Below are positions 11,801 through 18,051 of a DNA stretch of 64,000 bases, one piece after another. Origin of the DNA: an uncultured Bacteroides sp. GTDB taxonomy: Bacteria > Bacteroidota > Bacteroidia > Bacteroidales > Bacteroidaceae. Location of the stretch: the NCBI GenBank assembly GCA_964413805.1, contig CAYPUJ010000002.1:2045-66044 (forward strand), written 5' to 3'. Position 1 is the stretch's first letter, and each line of letters begins with the position of its first letter. A model generated the notes under the pieces. It worked only from the letters and a program-made list of their open reading frames with translations. It had not been told where the DNA came from and did no database searches. The translations under genes were made by a program, and so were the position numbers.

Positions 11801-12490
11801 GAGAGTGCCGCCATCCTGTTCGACAAGTGCAAGAATGTACGCCAGTTCGTGGATGACCAATATGAAATGTTCAAGAAGATAACAGCGTTTTTGGATACCA
11901 ATCGCGACAACTTCGCTTTCCTGCCCGATGACCAAAGGGAAGTGTTGAACCGCTTGAAGGCGATAGCTGCCGATGAAGAGCCTTGGGACAGGATGCCTGC
12001 CTACAACAAAATGATGCGTAACCTGAATGGCAAATTGGGTGAATGTAAAGACACACTGATTGCAACCATTAAAGCCAATTTCAACAAAGTATTTGATGAA
12101 TTGGAAGAGTATGCCGAAAGCGTAAACGTAAGCCGTGACAAATTCGCCCAACGTGATGCCACGATTATGCGCAAGACGAGTACGCATAACTTCTATGCCT
12201 TGCAGGCCAATGCCGACGTGACGGAGTTTCTCAATGAGCAGACAGAACGTATCAATGCAGCTATCCCCAAGCAAAACCCTCAACCGTTAAAGCCCTACGA
12301 CAAGCCTGCGGGAGGAAGTGGCGGTAGCGTACAAGAACCGCCTGTTCCCCGTATGCGCAAGGTGGTGCATCTCGATACGCATTGCAACACGCCTATTCGC
12401 ACGGAGGCTGACATCGACCGATATTTGCAAGGACTGAAAGACAAACTGATGAAATACATCGGTGGTAACAATGACATTATCATTAGTTAG
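8852..12490 (+). CDS. brxC: BREX P-loop ATPase BrxC
   Basis: 1212 aa; WINGYYGSGKSHFLK Walker A, FFVDEVSQF Walker B, YPFVPYQF, PYGW. Confidence 0.93.
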   Translation: MKFNDLYERGLDRKVNPAVSASDLSEETVHTEIEEYVFTQEIIVNLFNILTNIRLNQGSHVGIWINGYYGSGKSHFLKYTSYCLSGKYSKKAFDRLIEATRQMLLGDKDTSAIEIAGVSLSDLHDLQNWYVNKADVEMVMFNIGDVHDANVDRTNTFTTIFWNQFNAKRGYNSFNLPVAQYLEKALDDDGKFGEFKEYVKSKGYDWERNISRFAAGRLDLALQMAKEVDPALAIDVIRERIKNNDINISVEAFAAEMKEYIDRKANRNLRILFFVDEVSQFIGEHRDLLLQLQSLVKRLDEVCESQVWISCTAQQTLEDVVKNVGGSDTNPEDEVGKILGRFEVRASLQGTSPEYITQKRILEKKGEVEMQLCELFEKNKAMLDAQFILPGTYQSYKNKEDFAAFYPFVPYQFQLIMRVLDSFVNMNYVDKQVKGNERSLLNITFSIAKETAECEVGEFIPFDRFFGAMFQGSMQHLGQRAMSNARQALDLIDDEKRQAFYRRVVYVLFMVCNLSDSDKQGFSATIDNIVTLLMTKMDANKAAIKEEVSQVLSFLIDKSVIRKVKKDNGADIYEFYTEEEAQVAQIIKNQKVDSNTYTEELYKIIYEHFGFSTSTSKETFATRSFNVGGNVDGRNILSNNPDVVVDFLTNASTDSPEQFAFNNQPNHLVFFLYPLFKDNQELRQNFLDYCRVQRFAQEPAISEERQRTKRLFQDRAKEMYQKDIKPKFRDLLDNCPVISGDEILPQSVLGTARNKERYKVAMLRHLQNLYSFAPLVNGPEFPKTANELSQKILRPVEVTLMETSLSIPEQKVKDYLDRAPHDVTVADVVRQFAKVPYGWADSCSIYVVNELVRRHLYAFNYNNNPNVSREEVARNIVRESNRFTIEPAKAVSQDILNAFIEAWKHIFNVVSVKGSNDYTELFRNCKDINDSALNSLLKNYRELNHTISGYAFAKVIDEAISLMEQWLSIRDPKEFFQIIIDASESAAILFDKCKNVRQFVDDQYEMFKKITAFLDTNRDNFAFLPDDQREVLNRLKAIAADEEPWDRMPAYNKMMRNLNGKLGECKDTLIATIKANFNKVFDELEEYAESVNVSRDKFAQRDATIMRKTSTHNFYALQANADVTEFLNEQTERINAAIPKQNPQPLKPYDKPAGGSGGSVQEPPVPRMRKVVHLDTHCNTPIRTEADIDRYLQGLKDKLMKYIGGNNDIIIS

Positions 12491-12527
12491 GTGTTAGGTT
12501 TTAGTGATTAGTGATGAAGTAGGTCTT

Positions 12528-12890
12528 ATGAAGCAAAGCATATTAAAGGAGAAAAGCAAGGCATTTGCTCTGAGGATTATTAAGCTATATGGTTACCTTA
12601 GAATAACGAAGCATGAATATATTATGTCAAAACAATTATTGCGCTGCGGTACAAGCATTGGCGCCAATATAGCGGAAGCCTTCTATGGGCAGTCAGATGC
12701 CGATTTTATCAGTAAACTTTCTATTTCACAGAAAGAATGTGCTGAGACCTTATATTGGTTGGATTTGCTCCATGAAAGCAACTTCATAGAAGATACTCCA
12801 TTTCAAAGTATCTATAACGATGCCACAGAACTGATGAAACTTCTTACTTCATCCATTAAAACAATGAAGTCAAAAACACCTGACACTTAA
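12528..12890 (+). CDS. Four-helix-bundle protein (23S rRNA IVP-like family)
   Basis: KSKAFALRII, KQLLRCGTSIGANIAEA, DFISKLSISQKECAETLYWL. Confidence 0.92.
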   Translation: MKQSILKEKSKAFALRIIKLYGYLRITKHEYIMSKQLLRCGTSIGANIAEAFYGQSDADFISKLSISQKECAETLYWLDLLHESNFIEDTPFQSIYNDATELMKLLTSSIKTMKSKTPDT

Positions 12891-12915
12891 TAACTAATAG
12901 TTAAAACATAACAAC

Positions 12916-15633
12916 GTGGAAACAAACAAATTGAAACGCTTCGCAACAGAAGCTCGTAATATACTAATCAGCGGAGTGGTGCAACGCCTCACCGCTCTGG
13001 GCTTTCAGCCCGATGGTACAGCTGATGAGATGCCCGAACTGCTGGGCGGCGGTGCCGTCTTTATGGGAGAAGTACAGTCGGAAGACTTCTATCACAAATG
13101 GATGTCGCTCTACCGGCGTATGCGAAGCCACTCTTTCCGCGAGGTGGCGGAAGAGGCTGCCTATACGTGGTTCAACCGCCTGGTTGCCATTCGCATCATG
13201 GTAAAGAACGGGCTGATTCCTGCCGTGTTGGAATATGAAAGCGAAGAGGTGCACATCCCGGTCATCGTGACCGAAGCACGACAGGGGCGTATGCCGCAGA
13301 TGGATGAAGCAAGCCGTCAGAAGCTGGATGCCCTCCTGCTCGACGATGCCTTGACCGACGAACAGTTTGCCTTGCTTATCGTGGCATATTGCCATAGCAA
13401 CCCGATTATCCGGAAGTGCTTCGGCAGAATATCGGACTATACGGAACTGCTGTTGCCAGGCAACATCCTGAAGAACGACGGCTTTATCGACCGCCTCAAT
13501 GCCGGCGATTATATTTCGGATGAAGACTACCGTTCGCCCGAACTCATCGGCTGGCTTTACCAGTTCTACATCTCCGAACGCAAGGACGAGGTGTTTGCCA
13601 GGAAAGGAAAGTTTGAAGCCGGCGAGATTCCGGCCGCCACACAGATATTCACACCGGGCTGGATAGTGAAGTACATGGTGCAGAACACCGTAGGACGCAT
13701 CTATCTCGACAACAACCCCTATTCCGACATCAAGGAGGGCATGAAGTATCTGGTAGCCACCACCGACTTTACACCTGATCACTCACACCTATTACCTGTC
13801 GACGACATTCACGACCTGAAAGTGGCCGACCTTGCCTGCGGCTCAGGCCACATCCTCAACGAGTGTTTCGACCTGCTCTACCGGATTTATATAGAAGAAG
13901 GCTACAACCGCCGCCGCGCCATTGAGGACATTTTCCGCTATAACCTCACGGGCATCGACATAGACACCCGTGCCAGGCAGCTGGCCACGTTCGCCCTCCT
14001 GCTGAAGGCGTGCCAAAGGGACAGCAGCTTTGCCGACGGCCGTGTGTTGCCCCGTGTGCTGGACATGCCCAAAAACGGCTTGCCCTTGCCTGCCGATGCA
14101 CGTTTGGCCGGCGAGATCGAAGCCGTCAACCGTGTGCTGGCCGATGCCGACACGCTGGGTAGCATCATGAAGTTCAACCTGTCCCCAGCTGCCTGCGAAT
14201 GGGTAGCTTCGCTGGAAGCTGAAAGCGATGCGGCGCGCCTGGTACTGGCACTGACGGAGAAGTATTCAGTGCTGGTGATGAATCCTCCTTACATGGGTGG
14301 CGGGAATATGAATGCTGTGCTCTCCAACTATGTGAAAAAGAATTACGAGGACGGAAAGGCGGACTTGTTTGCCGTATTCATGCAAGTGGCGGAAGAACGC
14401 TTGGCGGACAAAGGCAAATATGGCATGATAAACATGCAGAGTTGGATGTTTCTTTCTTCGTTCGAGAAACTACGCACGCATCTGCTTAACACCATGCAGA
14501 TAGACAGTATGCTGCACTTAGGTCCACGCACCTTCGATGAACTTTCCGGTGAAGTGGTGCAGAATACAACTTTTGTCGTTACAAAACATGCTCCTACCTC
14601 TACAGGCATCTATTATCGGTTGGTGGATGGCAAGAGTTGCGGAGATAAAGAACGGATGTTTCTCTCAGGAGAGAATGGCTATCTCCACGTCTCCCAACAG
14701 AACTTCAAGAAGATTCCGGGATGCCCGGTTGGGTATTGGGTGAGTGAGAAGATGATAGAGGCATATTCATCAAAATTAATGGGTGATTATGCCGCTCCAA
14801 AAGCTGGGTTAGCTACTGGAAACAATGAAAAATTTCTTCGTTTATGGGTTGAAGTTTGTTTTGATAACATTGGTTTTCGAATCACAGACTCTCAAGAAAC
14901 GATTAATGCCACCTTTAAGTGGTACCCTTGTTTAAGCGGAGGTAGAAGTAGAAAATGGGGATGTCATGAAGAATATGTAGTAAATTGGCTACAGGATGGG
15001 TATGAATTAAAACATTTTATTGGTACAAACGGTCGCTTAGCATCCCGACCTCAAAATACACAATATTACTTTAAAGAGGGGCTAACATGGAATAAAATTA
15101 GTTCTAATGAATTTTGTGTAAGATATAAATCTATTGGAAATATTTTCGATGATACAAGTAGATGTGCATTTGTAGAAGATAAGAAGAATTTATTATATGT
15201 AATTGGGATATTATGCTCTAAAGTCAGTATTGAATATTTGAAACTTTATAATCCAACAATGAGTTTTACAAATGGAGATATAAGTAGAATACCCCTAATT
15301 TTTACTGATAATCCTTCCAATATTGACACTTTAGTCTCCCAAAACATCTCCATCTCCCGCGCCGACTGGGACGCCCACGAAACCTCCTGGGACTTCGAGG
15401 AGAACGAACTCGTCCGCCTCAGCAAGGAGCAGGGAGAAGGCCCGCACCGCCTGTCCGACCTGATGGATGCCTACCGGGAGCATTGGACGGAGCAGTTCCT
15501 CCAACTCCACGCCAACGAGGAGGAACTGAACCGTCAATTCATAGAGATATACGGTTTGCAGGACGAACTGACGCCCGACGTGCCGCCGGAGGAAGTCACC
15601 ATCCTGCAACAGGGAGAACTGACATTCAACTGA
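12916..15633 (+). CDS. pglX: BREX adenine methyltransferase PglX, N-terminal 905 aa (split gene)
   Basis: EEAAYTWFNRL, IGWLYQFY, ATQIFTP, DLACGSGH (motif I), NPPY (motif IV); ends ITILQQGELTFN-type sequence (VTILQQGELTFN*). Confidence 0.93.
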   Translation: METNKLKRFATEARNILISGVVQRLTALGFQPDGTADEMPELLGGGAVFMGEVQSEDFYHKWMSLYRRMRSHSFREVAEEAAYTWFNRLVAIRIMVKNGLIPAVLEYESEEVHIPVIVTEARQGRMPQMDEASRQKLDALLLDDALTDEQFALLIVAYCHSNPIIRKCFGRISDYTELLLPGNILKNDGFIDRLNAGDYISDEDYRSPELIGWLYQFYISERKDEVFARKGKFEAGEIPAATQIFTPGWIVKYMVQNTVGRIYLDNNPYSDIKEGMKYLVATTDFTPDHSHLLPVDDIHDLKVADLACGSGHILNECFDLLYRIYIEEGYNRRRAIEDIFRYNLTGIDIDTRARQLATFALLLKACQRDSSFADGRVLPRVLDMPKNGLPLPADARLAGEIEAVNRVLADADTLGSIMKFNLSPAACEWVASLEAESDAARLVLALTEKYSVLVMNPPYMGGGNMNAVLSNYVKKNYEDGKADLFAVFMQVAEERLADKGKYGMINMQSWMFLSSFEKLRTHLLNTMQIDSMLHLGPRTFDELSGEVVQNTTFVVTKHAPTSTGIYYRLVDGKSCGDKERMFLSGENGYLHVSQQNFKKIPGCPVGYWVSEKMIEAYSSKLMGDYAAPKAGLATGNNEKFLRLWVEVCFDNIGFRITDSQETINATFKWYPCLSGGRSRKWGCHEEYVVNWLQDGYELKHFIGTNGRLASRPQNTQYYFKEGLTWNKISSNEFCVRYKSIGNIFDDTSRCAFVEDKKNLLYVIGILCSKVSIEYLKLYNPTMSFTNGDISRIPLIFTDNPSNIDTLVSQNISISRADWDAHETSWDFEENELVRLSKEQGEGPHRLSDLMDAYREHWTEQFLQLHANEEELNRQFIEIYGLQDELTPDVPPEEVTILQQGELTFN

Positions 15634-15653
15634 AGCAACAGGAGAAACGGAAT

Positions 15654-15893
15654 ATGGACACGAACTATACAGACAATGAAACATATAGGCGCATTCATTT
15701 CGCTGTAATGGCGATAGAAAGTGGAGCACGCAAGTTAGGTATTTCCGGCAAGGAGATGCACGACAGACTGCGGAAACAAGGATTGATACATCGCCGCCTT
15801 ATCGGGCGGTACAATGACCTTCATACCCAAAGTCTTGACTGGGTGGCTGACGACATCATTGAAACTCTGTTAAATTGGGAGGCGGAAGTATGA
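15654..15893 (+). CDS. DUF3791-family small protein
   Basis: FAVMAIE..A.KLGIS...Y.DLHTQS motif; overlaps the start of the DUF3990 gene. Confidence 0.75.
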   Translation: MDTNYTDNETYRRIHFAVMAIESGARKLGISGKEMHDRLRKQGLIHRRLIGRYNDLHTQSLDWVADDIIETLLNWEAEV

Positions 15894-16396
15894 TTACTCT
15901 ATTTCATGGGTCATATATACCCGTACAAGTACCATTGGTAAAACTGGGCAGGAAGAAAGTGGATTTTGGACAAGGATTTTACCTTACCAAACTGCACAAG
16001 CAGGCAGAATCATGGGCAAAGGCAATCGCGGAAAGAAAGGGGCGTAATGCCCAACCGGCTGTCTCTACATATTCGTTCGACTATGATGCGGTAAAGTCTG
16101 GCGGATATAGGATAAAGACATTCGAAAGTTACAATCTTGAATGGCTGGAATATGTTGTGGATTGCCGTAGAGGCGGTATGGAGCAACAGCAGTATGATGT
16201 AGTCGAAGGCGGTGTAGCCAATGACAATGTCATCGATACAGTTGAAGACTATGAAAACGGCATTATTACAGCAGAACAAGCGTTGGGACAGTTGATATAC
16301 AAGGAAGTGAATCACCAGATTTGCATCTTGAACCAAGACATCGTGGATAAGTATCTTTCATTTACTTCGTTTGAAATACTAAAAATAGAGGATTGA
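15890..16396 (+). CDS. DUF3990-family protein (ADP-ribosyltransferase-like motifs)
   Basis: LFHGS...DFGQGFYLT...WLEYVVDCR...YDVVEGGVAND...HQICI. Confidence 0.8.
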   Translation: MITLFHGSYIPVQVPLVKLGRKKVDFGQGFYLTKLHKQAESWAKAIAERKGRNAQPAVSTYSFDYDAVKSGGYRIKTFESYNLEWLEYVVDCRRGGMEQQQYDVVEGGVANDNVIDTVEDYENGIITAEQALGQLIYKEVNHQICILNQDIVDKYLSFTSFEILKIED

Positions 16397-16398
16397 TT

Positions 16399-16605
16399 AT
16401 GAGAGACACCGTACTTTGGCGCAAACAGAGCCGCATTATCATGAAGTTGGCCGATGCTTTGCAGATTGATGCAGAGCGGGCGCTTGACCTTTTTTATTCC
16501 ACTAAGGTCTATCAGCAGTTGGCAGAACCGAAATATGGTTTGCAACTGATGAGCGATGACTATATATTGGAGGAACTGATAGAAGAACTGAGAGAACCGC
16601 ATTGA
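16399..16605 (+). CDS. DUF3791-like small protein
   Basis: ALDLFYSTKVYQQL...LQLMSDDYI; typical downstream partner of DUF3990. Confidence 0.65.
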   Translation: MRDTVLWRKQSRIIMKLADALQIDAERALDLFYSTKVYQQLAEPKYGLQLMSDDYILEELIEELREPH

Positions 16606-16616
16606 AGTAAGAAAAC

Positions 16617-17093
16617 ATGGTAGAAAAGACAACATATAATAAAGAAACAGCAAACGCTCCGGCATTGACGCCCGAACAGATACCGCCCTCGTTCTACCGC
16701 TGCTTCCAGAGCGATTGCCCGAAGGCAGACACCTGCTCCCGCTTCCTCGCAGGGAAACTCCTCCGCGAAGGGAAAGTGTGCGGCCCTGCGGTCTATCCTT
16801 CGGCACGCACGGGCGACACGTGCACGATGTACAAACAGACACGTGTCATCCGCGCCGCCTACGGTTTCACGGCCATTTTCGCCGAAGTGAAGCAGAAAGA
16901 CAGTACGCCCTTGCGCAGCCGCATCAAGGCTTATCTGGGCGGGAACACCACCTACTACCGCTATCACCACGGCGAAAAGCTCCTCACGCCCGAGCAACAG
17001 GAGTGGATTGTCGGCCTCTTTCGCCGGAAGGGATATACGGAAGAGCTGCACTTCGACGGGTATCGGGAACTGTATGACTTTAGTCCGGACTGA
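16617..17093 (+). CDS. DUF6078-family protein (Cys motif)
   Basis: CFQSDCPKADTCSR, YYRYHHGEKLLTPEQQEWI, FDGY. Confidence 0.75.
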   Translation: MVEKTTYNKETANAPALTPEQIPPSFYRCFQSDCPKADTCSRFLAGKLLREGKVCGPAVYPSARTGDTCTMYKQTRVIRAAYGFTAIFAEVKQKDSTPLRSRIKAYLGGNTTYYRYHHGEKLLTPEQQEWIVGLFRRKGYTEELHFDGYRELYDFSPD

Positions 17094-17200
17094 TTACCAT
17101 GCTATGGTAGTGTGATTACCAAAGCGCGGAAGTGCCGCTTCCGAAGCGCGGGAACGACGTTACCGAAGCGCGGGAATCAGACTACCAAAGCCTGGGAGCA
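17091..17200. repeat. Five degenerate 22-bp tandem units
   Basis: TGATTACCATGCTATGGTAGTG / TGATTACCAAAGCGCGGAAGTG / CCGCTTCCGAAGCGCGGGAACG / ACGTTACCGAAGCGCGGGAATC / AGACTACCAAAGCCTGGGAGCA. Confidence 0.8.
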
Positions 17201-17282
17201 TATCCGGTAAAAGCATGAGTGATATGCGGACAACGAAGAATTATTGATTATCAAACAATAAGGACACAAAAAAGACGAAACA

Positions 17283-18023
17283 ATGACAGAGAACGAAGAT
17301 ATAAGAAAACGCATGGTGTGGCACACCGACGTAGTGGTAAGGCAACTCATCTCGTATGCCGTAGGCTGCATGATGGGGCGTTATAGCATAGACCGCAAGG
17401 GACTGATTCTTGCCAACCAGGGCGACGGGCCGGAAGAGTATGAAGCACTTGTGCCCGATAGCCGTTTTGCGGTAGACGATGACGGCATTATTCCCCTCAT
17501 GTCGGTCAACAATGAACTGGGCGACCACATCACCCTGCGCTTCAAGACCTGGCTGGGGATCGCCTTTGGTGAGGAAAGCCTTATGGACAATCTCAACTTT
17601 GTGGAACGTGCTTTGGGTAAACGCCTGGAAGACTATTTCCTGAAGGACTTCTGGAAAGACCACAAGAAGATGTACCAGAACCGTCCCATCTACTGGCTGT
17701 TCAGTTCGAAGAAAGGAGCTTTCCAGTGCATCGTATATATGCACCGCATGAATGCCTACACCGCTGAGAAAGTCCGCACCCAATACCTGTTGCCTCACAT
17801 CGAATGGCTGATGACCAGACAGGCGGAGATGCAGGCCGATGCCGCCAACCTCTCTGCCCGTGAGCGCAAGGAGTTGGACAACATCGGCAAGCAGATAGAC
17901 GAGTGCCGTGAATATCACGACCGCCTCCATGTGGTGGCCGACAAGCAAATCGCCTTTGACCTCGACGACGGGGTGGTGGTGAACTACGCCAGGTTCGGGG
18001 ATGTGCTGAAAAGTATTAAGTGA
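17283..18023 (+). CDS. pglX: PglX C-terminal 246 aa, encoded as a separate ORF
   Basis: LISYAVGCMMGRYS, DDDGIIP, HKKMYQNRPIYWLFSS, YMHR, FDLDDGVVVNYARF are PglX C-terminal motifs. Confidence 0.92.
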   Translation: MTENEDIRKRMVWHTDVVVRQLISYAVGCMMGRYSIDRKGLILANQGDGPEEYEALVPDSRFAVDDDGIIPLMSVNNELGDHITLRFKTWLGIAFGEESLMDNLNFVERALGKRLEDYFLKDFWKDHKKMYQNRPIYWLFSSKKGAFQCIVYMHRMNAYTAEKVRTQYLLPHIEWLMTRQAEMQADAANLSARERKELDNIGKQIDECREYHDRLHVVADKQIAFDLDDGVVVNYARFGDVLKSIK

Positions 18024-18051
18024 TAGTGATTAGGTGTTAAGTGGGTGTGTT

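Noticed and set aside
12528-12890. Four-helix-bundle protein as the Avd of a diversity-generating retroelement
   Set aside because: No reverse transcriptase and no template/variable repeat pair differing at adenines was seen.
17091-17200. Possible CRISPR array (also considered for 19279-19413 and 62402-62503)
   Set aside because: Units are contiguous 22-33 bp degenerate tandem repeats with no unique spacers, and no cas genes are in the window.
12916-18023. pglX split as an IS insertion, intron or intein
   Set aside because: No transposase, terminal inverted repeats, reverse transcriptase/maturase or intein motifs were seen in the insert.
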